DNA from: the human T2T-CHM13v2.0 reference genome, Homo sapiens
Strand: one strand, 5' to 3'
Length of the DNA: 64,000 nucleotides
NCBI RefSeq assembly: GCF_009914755.1
Contig: NC_060939.1
Of the stretch, positions 41,191-56,839 are shown one piece after another (position 1 is the first letter of the stretch; every line of letters begins with the position of its first letter). The notes under the pieces were generated by a model. It ran no database searches and was not told where the DNA came from. It saw only the letters and a program-made list of their open reading frames with translations. Made by a program: the position numbers and the translations under genes.

Positions 41191-43211
41191 AGCAGGATGG
41201 CAAGTGTGTTAGTGTCTGAAATAATGAAAAATGTTGTGTGCTCAGCATATGGGATATGTGGTGCTAGCAGGAGCCACCAGAGATGAAGCTGAACAAAGGG
41301 TAGGATAGGGCACAAACAGCCTAGAGGAGCAGAATGTGTGTCCTGAGGAATTAGTGAAGGGCTTTAAAGGTGGTAAAATAATTAGGAGCACATTGACTAG
41401 GAAAGTGTCAACCAAATCCTAGAGGCCATCAACTGTCAGGGTAATGAGTTTTGGAGCAGCAGAGGGTAGAATGGACTGAAGAAGAGAGAAGTAAAACACA
41501 GAGGTACGGAGCATTTCTCAACAGTACCTAGCACACAGCTTTAGATATATGGGTGTTGAATATATCCTGGTCAGACTGAATTGTTGAGTCTGTGTGACAG
41601 CTTGAGTGACATTTTTATGCCGTTCACCCAATTCATATTTTAAAATTTCTTTTGTTAAAGACCTTAAGGTAGTATTAACCTGAAAGAATGTATTTACTGT
41701 TAACTAAATCTGGGTCGTTTGAGATCCCCTTAAATAACCTTTGTGGTAACATTGGAATGAACATTTATTTGATGTCTGGGAAGTAATATCCCAGTGGAAC
41801 TCATTTTATTTTGGGTTGTTTTTAATATGGAGCTGTTAATATAGCATTTCCAATAAGTGACCTTATATGTGAAATCTGTGTTTAATTACTAATGTTTTAG
41901 CAAGACTAGTAGAACTGTACTATTCATTATAAGTCACAGATTTAAGAACTTGTCAGGAAAATATTTTATGATTTGATTTATGCCTGGGGATCCAAGAAAG
42001 GCAAGCAGTACTTGAGTCTTTATGAGATGGTGAACATACTTATTCCTACAATATTTTTGGCTTTTACCAACCCTATTATATAATGAGTAAACAATATCTT
42101 TTTTGGAATTTTTCATCCAAAATATTCCCTAGCTAGAGCTTTACTTAGGAAAATATGATTTCCTAAGAGATCCTTAAGCCTGATAATTTGAACCAAACAA
42201 CACAAAGTGCATACTGCTTCTTTGGAAGTGTTTTCATAGCTTTCCTTTTAGTGTTTTCCTTTTCCCTTTAAAAAAAAAGAACTTTTATTGGGTGTTTTAT
42301 TGTGCAAACTATACATGTTTGTCATATAACATTAGAAATTATAGATGATCATAAAAGAAGAAAGTAAAAAGTGTTTGTAATTCCATCACAATTAGAAAAC
42401 AGAGGTGAGCACAAAATAAGGACTCACATGTAACCTATCATACGGAAGAAGGTGATAGGGATACATGAGGTGCTTCCAGCTTCCAGCAGGGTTGGTATGT
42501 TCAGTGGAAAGTCTATCCCAGCTCTCCTAACCAAGGTACAAATTGCTCCTGTTTCAGGGTCTCCTTCCCCTGGGCCCCTTGTGTCTGTTGCTCTTGACAA
42601 CCAAAGGTTGCCATTGCCTCACCACAGCCCTTGTCCCTCTCACCTGATGCTCATTGATTTGTGAGCTACTTGAGGGCCAGATCCACATTGTATTCACAGG
42701 GCACTGAGCACAGAGCCTTGAACTTAGCAAGCTCTTGGTATAGTTTGTGTGAGAAAATGAACGAATGCATGTGAGTTCATGAACATCAGTCAGAAATGCG
42801 AATTCCTCATGAAAGAAGCTAGATAAAATGAAATACTTTTGAAAAGCAGAAGTGTAGCTCTACTTGCAATATAGAGGGGGAAAAAAGTAAAAGACTTCAT
42901 AGAGATATCGAAAGAATGTTGTGGTCAAGCAGATCACAGCAGCAGATGTATTTGATCCAAGAGGCGAAATGCTAACTGTGAGTGATGATAGCTGGGCTGC
43001 TGTATTTGACTGGATTCCTGGTCGTGAAAGGAAGTGGAGCATCAGTGGGGAAAACACACAGATGTCCATAAAGAAAATGCAGGCTTTGTCTGGGGTAAGA
43101 CAGAAAGCGCTTCTGCCTAGGCCCCTTCTTTAAGAAGAAAATAACTTTTATTGGATGTTTTATTGTAAAATTATACACGTTCATTGTATGACATTAGAAA
43201 TTATAGATGAT

Positions 43212-43512
<301 letters not shown>

Positions 43513-43521
43513 TTATCGATG

Positions 43522-43675
43522 AGCCTTGGACACACATGGTTCTCAAAGCCACAGTTGTTCACCTGCAAAATGGGGATGGTGATATCTATCTTAAAGGGCT
43601 TGCTGAGAAGGTTAGAGAGAAGGTGGGAAAAGTACTGGCAGGCAGTACTCACGCTGTGCATTAATAATGGTTAAC
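43522..43675 (+). mobile_element. MIR fragment
   Basis: cacctgcaaaatggggatggtgata core and MIR-like 3' part. Confidence 0.7.
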
Positions 43676-44319
43676 AGTGCTTGCGTTATGTAGGACAAGC
43701 TTGTTCAGGTCTTCTTCCATGCTCTGCCTCAGATTCTGGCCCCAGACAGGGTCACAGAGTGACATGATATTGATTGAAGCACACTTGGATTGGGTCCAAA
43801 TAACAACTTACCATATAAAATAATAACAACATGGAATTTAAATAATTACTTGAGACAACCTAAAGAGATGTTTGAACAGGGGGAATTGGGAGCAGCTATA
43901 CTCAACTGACAAACACAGACATTCACCTGGGTTACAATCAGGCCAAAGAGCCAGCTGATATCAGTCAGCTGTATTTTATTGTCATTAACCTTCAGAGCTG
44001 GGGCTAACCAATGTGGAGCTGCTACATACCGCTTCTCTCAGGAGGTTTACCACCACCATGCAGCCCAAGAATACAGGTTCCACCCTGCCGGATCCAGTTC
44101 CTTCTGATGGCTGATTTCTTCCCTCCCCACAAACCTTTCTGCCTCCTGACATTTGATGACGGTAATTGGTATTATTTCATATTTTTATTGTAACATTAAA
44201 CTGTGTTCACAGACTCCAAGTCTGATTAGTTGGCTGCTTACTTGGCATTATGGTCGGCTTACTAGTTTAAAAAGCAGAAATATGCATTAATGGAATGCTG
44301 TAAGATTAGAGAGCTATGT

Positions 44320-45130
44320 CCCACACATTTATCAGGGACTTGAGTGAAGACACGGAAGCTGCAGAGCTGAGCACAGTGGCTCGTAGATAGGGTGACAGGA
44401 TCAGGGTTCAAACAGATCTCAACAGGCTGGTATTCTGGGCCAAAACCAACAAGAGGAAATTCAGTAGTGATGAATGTTAAGTCTTGCATAAGTACAAATG
44501 GGAGAGAGCTGGTTCTCCCATCATTGTTTTGAAAAAGACACATTATTTTTGAAGAGGAAAAACAATTGCTTACCCTTATTGAGATACTCACCAACTGCAT
44601 GCGTGGAGATGCTGCCTGTACTTTATATGTGTTATTTTATTTAAATCTTGTTTGGGTAAAGATTATCATCTCCATTTCATAGATGAGTTTTAGAAAGTTT
44701 AAGAAACTCAGAGTCAAACAGCTTTTAACTATTATGTGATGCTGTCTCCAGAGCAGATTCCAACAAATGGGCTGGCTGAAAAACGAAGGAATGGAGGGAG
44801 GGAGAGAAGAAGGAAACTTAGGTTTTATCTGAAGAAACCTGGATCATAGGTGCAATGTATAGTCTGTGTTCTTAGATTCAGTGTTGTATTCTGGACCCTA
44901 CATTTTAAGACTTAAAATGTGCAAATTTCGATGTGCGCCAAGAGAGAGCATAGTTGCAAAGGATCTGGGAACGTAGAAGGAACTAGGAGGCCTTCAGAAA
45001 GCTTGAGAAGGACTCTTCTGTAGAAGAGGATCAAGGCTCTGTCCACTGCTCTAGAGGCATGGAAGCTCCAGGGAAGCAGGTTCTGTTTCACTGCAAGGAA
45101 GACGACGCAAACATACATTTTCAGCAATGG
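44320..45130 (+). mobile_element. CR1/L3 LINE reverse-transcriptase fossil, interrupted by a MIR-like segment (~44590-44730)
   Basis: From ~44400 it reads IRVQTDLNRLVFWAKTNKRKFSSDEC*VLH, like CR1 IQxDLDRLxxWAxxNxMxFNxxKCKVLH; later tattctggaccctacattttaaga is also CR1-like. Confidence 0.7.
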
Positions 45131-47187
45131 CCCAAGTGGCGCTTCATTCTGCTTCAGTGGAGTTATTTCTGAATGTCTGTGTTATCATTATGCTGCTAGG
45201 ATGAAAGGGAAGAGAGCAGAACTGGGTGGAAATCTGGGATATTATTGCTATTACTCTCCAGAGAAATAATACATTAAAAAGGCAGAAGGGCTGGCTGCTG
45301 GAGACGGCATTGGGGTTTCAAAACAAAATCCAAGCGTCTTCCTGGCTGAGGAGAGGAGAAACACTCAAGGACCCCTCTTGAGGTGCCATTCGTGCTCTAC
45401 TTTCTTAGAGGGAAAATATCTTACCTATCCAATCAGAGAAGCCAAATGCTTGCACTTATAACATGCCTATTTTAGTTATTTTAGAATCAAGATTCTTTTT
45501 TTTTTTTGTAAGTTAAGGTAGAGAAGTTATGGAAAGAAACCTGATTCTAACTATGAACTGAACAGATGGAATAGTGGGAATAAAAACAAATTAAAACAGT
45601 ATTGCAAAAACTCTCAACTTTCATTTAAAAATATATATGATGATGTTTTTCAACTTTTCACATTCAACCTTTTGGTATATCGAGTGACAAAATGAAAAAT
45701 CAATTTCAGCTGTGTATATTTTAAACATTTACCTAAATGATTTGGACTTACCCAACCTAAAAGTCCAGATGAATGTATTAAACTGCTTATTGTATCTTTT
45801 GTGAATTAAAACTTTATTTTTTATTATGTTATAGACAGGGCACAGTTATGTTTGGTGACGTTTACTATAGAAAATTGAACTGAACAGTGGTCTAATTAGA
45901 ACAGTAAATAGTATGGGTTTAATTAGCCCCTATTCCTGATGACAGATTTGATCAGTCACCAGATATTTATCCTTTCCTTTCACTTGACTGTTACTGAAAT
46001 ATTGCCTCTAGCAGGACTGCTTACTGTGCTATAAATAGGTAGCTTGGCAAGAAGCCATAAAGCCCATTGACCAGTGAGACTTGAGTGAAAATTATTGGAA
46101 AACCCCCTCTTTGCTTCCAGTCATTATTTCTTCATTTCACTTTTGAAGGTCCTTTCCACAGGTCCCTCTTTTAATTTAATTTTTCTTTTTTTTTTTTTTT
46201 GGTTAGATGAGGTAACTTGCCTAAGGGCTTAAGGAAACCTTTGCAGTATCTAGTTCAGTCACATGCTGCAGTTTATTAGTATGTCACAGTTTCTTTCATA
46301 AACTTTGCTGTTCTCCAGCTTAGAACTTACCTATTAAATTCTGTCTGACTTGAACTTTTCTGTACACCAAGAATATGTGGTTTTTGTTTGTTTGCTTCCT
46401 TGTTTTTAATTAAGGTATGATGTGTTTTATTAAGAAAAGTCTACAAAATGCAGAGAAACAGCAACAACAACAAAAATACGTTAAAGTCACCCAAATCCCT
46501 CACACATAGAGGTAGCAATGGTAATATTTTAATTAACCTCTCACTCCTCTCCCTATGCATGTACAAAGTATACATGCATGAAAAATGATATGGATTTAAT
46601 ATGATTATCTAATGATTGTCTTTTTCCCCACCCCAATATTTTTAAAATAGAAATTTCAAAAACCATGAAAGTTCAAATAGTAATAAAACTGGCATTTAAC
46701 AATTTATCATATTCTGGGTGGGACTAGGGAAAATTAAACATTCAGTTGAAGTTCATTTCCTGTCTTTTCCCAACAACATTCGTTCCTAGTCCTACTTACT
46801 CCATTCTTAGAGCTAATTTGGTATGTTTCCAGCCTATATACCTCCAGCCTACATACGCGTTCTTTTACTGGTACATTTTGCGTATATACGCCTATGCCTA
46901 TAGCTTTATCTGTAGAGAAGAGATAGAAAATGATATATGTGTTTTTATTTTAATGTAATTAAACCTATCAGTCTTTTCCCTTATAATTTCTACTTTTATT
47001 GCTATATCTAAGATAGTCTTTCCTATACAACTATTGGTGTAGGTATATCCAAGATTAATCTATTAATCTATAATATTTCTAATATTTTATGGTTTCAGTA
47101 TTTTAACATACATTTCTAATAGATCTGGAATTTATTTTGGTATATTCTATGAAGAAGTTATCTATGATTTTTAAAAACACAAAACAC

Positions 47188-47494
47188 GCCGGGCATGGTG
47201 GCTCATGCCTGTAATCCGAGGACTTTGGGAGGCTGAGGCGGGCGGATTATGAGATCAGGTTCGAGACTGTCCTGGCTAACACGGTGAAACCCCATCTCTA
47301 CTAAAAATACAAAAAATTAGCCGGGTGTGGTGGCAGGCACCTGTAGTCCCAGCTACTCAGGAGGCTGGGCCAGGAGAACTGCTTGAACCCACCCAGGAGG
47401 TGGAGGTGGTAGTGAGCTGAGATCACATCACTGCACTCCAGCCTGGGTGACAAAGTGAGCCTCTATCTCAAAAACAAAACAAAACAAACAAAAA
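47188..47494 (+). mobile_element. AluS/Y-like inside an old minus-strand L1
   Basis: Full dimer with (AAAAC)n tail; TSD CACAAAACA. Confidence 0.9.
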
Positions 47495-47684
47495 GCCCAC
47501 AAAACATTTGTCACATTGATTTGTGGTGCTATACTGTGTCCTTATACTTGATCTGTTTCTGGACTCTTTTTTTTTTTTTTTTATTTTAATAGGTCCATTT
47601 GTTTATTGCTGTGCCAATTCTCTACTCTTAATTGAGACAATTTTCCTCTCATTTTACTTCTTTTAGAGTTCTTTTAATTGTGTT

Positions 47685-48240
47685 TAAAAAAACTTGTAAC
47701 ATGAGATCTACCCTTTTAATAAATTTAGAAGCGTATAGTACAGTATTGGTAATTATAAGTACAATGTTGAAAAGCAGATCTCTAGAACTTTTTAATTTTG
47801 CATGGTTGAAACTTTATACCCATTGGACAGTAACTCTTCATTTCCTTTTCACCCCAGTCCCTGGCAACCACTATTGTACTTTCTGCTTCAATGAGTTGGT
47901 CTATGTTAGATACCTCATATAAATGGAACCATGCAGTATTTGTCTTTTGTGACTGGCTTGTTTCACATAACCTAATGTCCTCAAGATTCATCCATATTGT
48001 GGCATGTGATAGGCTTTCCTTCTTTTTAATGGCTCCATAGCATTTCGTTGTGTGTATACCACATGTTGTTTATCCATTCATCTGTTGATGGACATTGGGT
48101 TGCTTCCATGTCTTGGCTATTGCAAACAATGAGTGTGCAGATATCTCTTTGAGATCCTGATTTCAGTTCTTTTGGATAAATACCAAGAAGTTGGATTGCT
48201 GGATCATATAGTAATTCTATAGTAATTCTATCTTCCTTCA
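47685..48240 (-). mobile_element. L1MA/MB 3' fragment
   Basis: aacatgagatctacccttttaa 3' UTR; ORF2 C-terminal peptide [14 protein letters not shown]. Confidence 0.82.
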
Positions 48241-48261
48241 CAATTTTTTAGCTTTTTTTCT

Positions 48262-48585
<324 letters not shown>

Positions 48586-49104
48586 TGAACTTTAGAATCA
48601 TTTGTTATGTTTCAAAAATTTTTCTTTGGGGATTTTGATGGGACTTGCTGTAAACTTATAGATAAACTTGGAGAGAAGTAGCATTTTACAGTATTGAGTC
48701 TACTCATTCAGGACTATGGTTGTTTCTTCATTTATTCAAGTATATTTTAGACCCCTTAGTAAAGTTTTGTAACTTAATAATGAGCTTTATTTCTTTTCAG
48801 GTCTATACCTACATCTATGTACTTTTTACTTGTAATTTCCCTTCTTCTCTGTAGTATTCTGAATTAAGTCAATGGTGGAAAGTCTAGGAGACCAATTAAA
48901 CCAAACTGTACTCATAATTGACTCTTCCCTATTTTCTTGGATTCAAAACCTTTATAACTTGGCCAACTATGTTCATATGACTTTGTTTTCTAGGAATGGA
49001 GATTCTCTCAGGAGGTTCCACAAATCCTTATGCAAGGTTTCTTGGGAGTTACCGCCAGTCTGCCTGACACACAAGCAAGTCAGAATTTCACTCATGAGCA
49101 CTTC

Positions 49105-49297
<193 letters not shown>

Positions 49298-49512
49298 TAG
49301 GCTCAAGCAGGGTCCCTGCTATGTAAGTTAGAAAACAGAATAATATAATTGATATTTAGCCAATTTATTTAAATTTAGCAATGATAAAATTTCAGATATA
49401 ATACTGAGCTTAAAAGCTATCTCGACAAAACCTTAAGGTGGAAAGGCATGCATGTGTCAACTGCTTTTCATATAAACCTGTCTTTTTTTTTCATGCAGTC
49501 ATTCCAAAGCTA

Positions 49513-49869
<357 letters not shown>

Positions 49870-49922
49870 CTATACTTTATTGTGTGGTTTTTTTTTTTGT
49901 TTGTTTGCTTTTTAACATCTAG

Positions 49923-50050
49923 ACCTCAAGAAACACTCGTTCAGATGAAGACAAAGATGGCAACTGGGATGCTTGGGGCGACTGGAGTGACTGCTCCCGG
50001 ACCTGTGGGGGAGGAGCATCATATTCTCTGCGGAGATGTTTGACTGGAAG
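49923..50050 (+). CDS. ADAMTSL3: Internal coding exon (128 nt, phase 0 to phase 2) of ADAMTS-like 3 / punctin-2, N-terminal part of TSR1; probably exon 4
   Basis: Pyrimidine tract then TAG acceptor (AG at 49921-49922); donor AG|GTTAGT at 50050/50051. Translation [42 protein letters not shown](R) has the TSP1 WxxWxxWxxCSxTCG motif and matches ADAMTSL3 as recalled (ADAMTSL1 has GLWDAWGPWSEC...CLSSK). Exon number is from memory. Confidence 0.93.
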
Positions 50051-51251
50051 GTTAGTGGTGGCTTCACTTGCTCCTGCATGTGGAATGTGCCAGTGCCTCT
50101 GGATGGGTGGAGAGGAGAGATAACTTTATATGGCTTTGGAATGTACTGTGATGATGGTGTAACGTTTGCTTTGTCTAAATATTAGTCAACCTAGGTTAAC
50201 ATATTTAAGCAGCCATGGTCCCGTTTTCGTGGGTGTGGCCATGTTGCGCACAGGACCCAGGAGCACTGGACACTTTGGGCTTTGAGGAAAGGAAATCCTG
50301 GCACTTTAAGTCACTGGTTTAAAGTTGTCAAGAGTTGGAGCAAGAGGTCAAGTCTTCTGAGTTCTGCCCTTGGGTTGCTGCAACTTAGTCCAGTTCTTGT
50401 TCATCTATTCTGAGCAACCCGTCGATTAGGAACATGATGCAAGTTCTGTTTTCACATTTTAGATATGTTTATGTTAAATAATGTTTGCAAAAATGTAAAA
50501 TCAGCTTATTTTTAAAAATCTGTAAATTTGTAATAAGCCTGTGCTTATCATTGTTTTTGAGACACTTCAAGGTAATGCTTTATGGGACAGTTTAATTCCC
50601 AGTCAAGGATTTTGCATCAGCTCTTAGGTAAGAGAGAGCCCCAGATTGATGGAATCTGATGTGCTAGTCTTGTACAAAAGAAGATTCCAAGATTATGTCA
50701 GTCATCTTCAGATTTGGGATATTGTTAGGCAAAAGAGTAAATTGGCCTTTGCCGATTAGCTTCAAGATACAGAGTAGAAATGCAGGGAGAGCATATTTTG
50801 GCTGGAGTTTGGATTTTGTTGAGGTCACTGTTCTACCATACATTAAACAGTGACCAAGTATGTCCTCCAGTTTCCTTGAGACATTGCAGAGCAGGGCAGA
50901 TGAGAGATTGTACATGTGGCCTTTGAGAAGAAAGACTCACCGGTCTGCTCCAGGAAGGCCTGGGAAGGTTGCTGGAGGTACTGTGGTAGCATTCCCCCAG
51001 GGCGAGTTCTAACTCAGAGCATGGAAGCTTCAGTAAAGCATTGGAGAACTAAATCCAGGGATTATTCTTGCAAAGAGAATGTGTTATGCCTGCTTCCCCA
51101 TATTTCCACCTTGGTGAGCAGATATAGGCCCTGGTATTCTGTGTCATGCTGTGTAGAAGAATGATGGGGTATCATGTTGTTTTGGGATATATTTATTCTG
51201 CCAAGGAGGCTGCAATAGGAGAGCTACACCCTGTGGGCAAGGGGAGGAGGC

Positions 51252-51546
51252 TTTTTTTTTTTTTTGGAGATGGAGTCTCACTCTTGCCCAGACTGGAGTG
51301 CAGTGGTGGGATCTGGGCTCACTGAAACCTCTGCCTCCCAGGTTCACACAATTCTTCTGCCTCAGCCTCCCAAGTAGCTGGGATTACAGGTGCCTGCCAC
51401 CATGCCTGGCTAATTTTTGTATTTTTAATAGAGATGGGGTTTCACCATATTGGCCAGGCTGGTCTTGAACTCCTGACCTGAATGATCCATCTGCCTCGGC
51501 CTCCCAAAGTGCTGGGATTACAGGCTTGAGCCACCATGCCCAGCCA
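51252..51546 (-). mobile_element. AluS
   Basis: Full dimer reverse complement. Confidence 0.92.
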
Positions 51547-52828
51547 GGGGGCTTCTTATGTCAAGGGTGAGTTCTTTCCCACTGCTGGCCAGCCACATGG
51601 GGGAGAAGTTTCCAGCCTGGGAATGAGTGGGGAAGGGAGAACTTTGACATCTCTTTCTAAACCTCAAGTCTCAGAAGTCTGAATAATTTGCAATTAGTGG
51701 TAGGGTTAGAGTGGGAAAGGTGTGGGATTTATTTGCATTGGTCTTTTTTTTTTTTCTAGTACGTACTTGCGTTTGTTAAAGAGAATTTAGAGGAATATAT
51801 TAAGGACCATGAATAACCACTTTCATCCTATTGTCATACAACTAAAATGTTCGCATATTTATTTATTATTTGGTTCATTTTTAAAATTTCTTTGATTTTG
51901 CTTGGAACATAATTTTGCCAAGTGATATATCTCCAGAAGGCTGAAGGTAGGGAAGGGCAGTTGTTCAACTTCTTCCATCTTTTCTACTCGTACTCAGAAG
52001 GGGAGACTTGGGCAAAAGGAGAGGAAAGGGAGGCAGGAGAGTTCTTGGCTTTATTGTTGAGAGCAGGTATTGGTGTTCTCTGTTTGGCAAGTGTCTTAAG
52101 CTGACTGTTGTGAGCACTTTGATGGATTTTCTGAGAAATTGCCTTTGCCCTCCCAAATTCCTTGGGATTTCTTGCCTCCAATTCCCTTGAAATGTGCTAT
52201 TCACAACACTTTGGCTTGGTAATATTGCTCTTTCCTCAGCTCTGAGACTGCTAGACATGCCCCCAGCTTCTCCCTATTTACATGTGCTAACCCCTCTGTG
52301 GCCATCTTGGTAAGTTCCTAAGACAACCACATGCTGGCACTCATGCACGTGCCCACATCTGGTTCACAGGAAACCCTCACGTAAACTTTGCTAAACAAAC
52401 TCTTCAAGTCCAGGGAGCCAGTGCTGCAACACCTACTCTGCTTACATGGGCTGCTGCAGCTGTTCTCTCAGCCCTTAAATTTCTCAGGTGTGAATTAAAC
52501 ACCAAGCAACTGTTGGTGACACATATTGAACTCTTCAAGTGGTATCCTTAAAATTTCTTCCTCTTGATTTGGGGTTAGCAGACTGAAGCCCTCATCCCTT
52601 CTCCTTGATGGTGCAGAATGAGAGGTAGGCTCACAGCACACCTTTCTCAATGAAATCCTCAGAAGTTCTTCCTGTAAGTCTCTGGCTCCAGAACCTTTTA
52701 ATTCCCTTGATGTGGGTAAGGAGTTTAACTCCAGTGAATTAAACTAACACATATCCTGCCTTCAAGGTTCTTATATCTAAGGAGACAAACAATAAACAAA
52801 CAATCAAATTATATATAATTAAAAATTA

Positions 52829-53134
<306 letters not shown>

Positions 53135-55817
53135 TTAAGAAAATCCATAAAATGGTCAGGGAAGCCCTCTGTGCTGGGGCATGTTTATGCTGAGATATTA
53201 CTGCTAAGAAGAAATCAGTTATGTGATGGGAAGGGTTATGAGACCAAAAAAGTTCAGATAGTGGGAGCAGCATATGTAAGTATCCTGAAGCAGGAAATGA
53301 AAACAGCCTTTTATGCCTGCAGAACAATTAGATGAGAGTGAGCAGAATGGGCAGTCCCCTGCTGACTGCCACTGCAGACAGAGCCTTGGTGGGCACAGAG
53401 TCAGCCAGCATCCCACCCTGGGCTAACACTGTGCAGAGAACAGTGGATCCTACCCCACCCTGAGCAACCACTCCTACTTGTGGGGCACACAGAAGGCACT
53501 CAGACCTGCATCTGCCAGTGCCCCGCCCCTGAGCCAACACCACCTCCAGCATGACTGAACACACAGTCACCAACAGGGGCCTCCTGCCCACCCCTAGCTG
53601 CACTGCCTCTGCCATTGTGGTGAATGCCTACAGAGAGGCAGGACCCCCGGCACCTGGTAGCACTCCACCGTAGCTGCCACTACCACTGCTGCTGATATGT
53701 GCAAATGAGTATGGATCCCACTGTCATCAAGCTGTGAAATGCTTTGGCTGACATCAGCCATCAGAGTGTAATGACCGGCAGTCCAAAAACATTTTGGCCC
53801 CTGCAGTGCAGTGGATTCCTAACATCAAGGAGCCAGAGAACAAAGTTGGGGCCCAATACAAGTACCCCAGAATTAGAACATCCAGTCCAGGTATTGGGAG
53901 CTGAGTGTTGGCCCCCTAAAATCTTTCATAAATGAAGCCAGTTGGCTGAATCCACCTTATACTAGAATCAAGCCCTCAAGGTCATTAAAAAAATAGGATA
54001 AAAGAAACAAAATTATGCAAAAAGTCAGCAACCTCGAGGATTAAAGGAAGATAAGCCCACAAAGATGAGAAAGAATCAGCACAAGAACCCTAACAACTCA
54101 AAAAGCCAGAGCACCTTCTTTCCAACAGATGACCACCTTGCCTCTCCAGCAAGTGTTCTGAACCAGGTTGAGATGGATGAAGTGACAGAAACAGAGTTCA
54201 GAATATGGACAGAAATGAAGATCCTTGAGCTATAGCAGTATGTTGAAACCCAGTCCAAGGAAGCTAAAAACCATTATAAAACAATACTGGAACTGGCAGA
54301 CCAAATAACTAGTATAGGAGTGTGTAACTGAACTGAGAGAGCTGAAAAACACCATACAAGAATTTCGTAATGCAATCACAAGTATTAATAGCAGAATAGA
54401 CCAAGTGGGGGAAAGAATCTAAGAGCTTGAAGACTGGCTTTCTGAAATAAGACAGTCAGACAAGAATAGAGAAAAAAGAATGAAAGGAATGAACAAAACC
54501 TTTGAGAAATATGAGATTATGTAAAGAGACCAAATCCATGACTTACTGGTGTCCCTGAAAAAGAGGGGGATAATGGAACCAACTTGGAAAACATGTTTCA
54601 GGATATCATCCATGAGAACTTCATGGATGAACCCAACTAGCTAGACAGGCCAACATTCAAATTCAGGAAATGCAGAGAACCCCAGTAAAATACTTCCCAA
54701 GAAGATCATCCCAAGAGACATAGCCATTAGATCCTCCAAGGCTGAAACGAGAAAAAATGTTAAAGACAGAGAGAAAGGTCAGGTCACCTACAAAGGGAAG
54801 TCCATTGACTAACAGCAGACTTCTCAGCTGAAACCTTACAAGCAAGAAGAGATTCTGGGCCAGTATTCAACATTCTTAAAATAAATTCCAACCCAGAATT
54901 TCATATCCAGCCAAATTAAGCTTCATAAGTGAATGATGAATATGATCCTTTTTAGACAAGCAAATGCTGAGATAATTTATTACCATCAGATCTGCCTTAT
55001 AAGAGCTCCTGAAGGAAGCACTAAATATGGAAAGGAAAGACCATTACCAGCCACTACAAAAACATACTGAAGAATACAGACCAGTGACACTATAAAGCAA
55101 CCACATAAACAAGTCTGCAAAATAACCAGCTAACATCATAATGACAGGATCAAATCCGTACATATCAATACTAACCTTGAATGTAAGTGGGCTAAATGCC
55201 CCAATTAAAAGACACAGAGTAGCAAGCTGGATAAAGAACCAAGACCCATTGGTATGCTTGTCTTCAAGAGACCCATCTCACATGCAGTGACACACATAGG
55301 CTCAAATAAAGGGATGGAGAAAAATCTACCAAAAAAATGGAAAACAGAAAAAAAGCAGAGGTTGCAATCCTGGTTTCACACAAAACAGACTTTAAACCAG
55401 AAAAATTTAAAAAGACGAAGGGTATTACTTAATGGTAAAGGGTTCAATTCACAAGAAGACCAAACTATCCTAAATATATATGCACCCAACACAGCAGCAC
55501 CCAAATTCATAAAGCAAATTCTTAGAGACCTTCAAAGAGATTTAGACTCCCTCACAGTAATAATAAAAGACTTTAACACCCCACTGACAATACTAGACAG
55601 ATCATCAAGACAGAAAATTAACAAAGATATTCAGGACCTGAACTCAGCACTGGATCAAATGAACCTGATAGACATCTACAGAACTCTCTACCCCAAAACA
55701 ACAGAATATACATTCTTCTCATCACCACATGGCACTTACTCTAAAATTGATCACACAATTGAAAGTAAAACACTCCTCAGCAAAGGCAAAAGAACTGAAA
55801 TCATAAAAAACAATCTC

Positions 55818-56181
<364 letters not shown>

Positions 56182-56482
56182 TTAAAACCATACAATCACA
56201 TGGAAATTGAATAACTTGCTTCTGAATGACTTTGGGGTAAATAATGAATTTAGGGCAGAAATCAAGAAGTTATTTGAAACTAATGAGAACAAAGATACAA
56301 CATGCCAGAATTTCTGGGACACAGCTAAGGCAATGTTAAGAGGGAAATTTGTAGCACTAAATGCCCACATCAAAAAGTTAGAAAGATCTCAATTTAACAA
56401 CATAACATCACAACTAAAAGAACTAGAGAACCAAGAGCAAACCAATCCCAAAGCTAGCAGAGACAAGAAATAACTCAAATCA

Positions 56483-56839
<357 letters not shown>

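Noticed and set aside
45092-45113. ctgcaaggaagacgacgcaaa, superficially U6-like
   Set aside because: About 20 nt with mismatches and no other U6 sequence around it.
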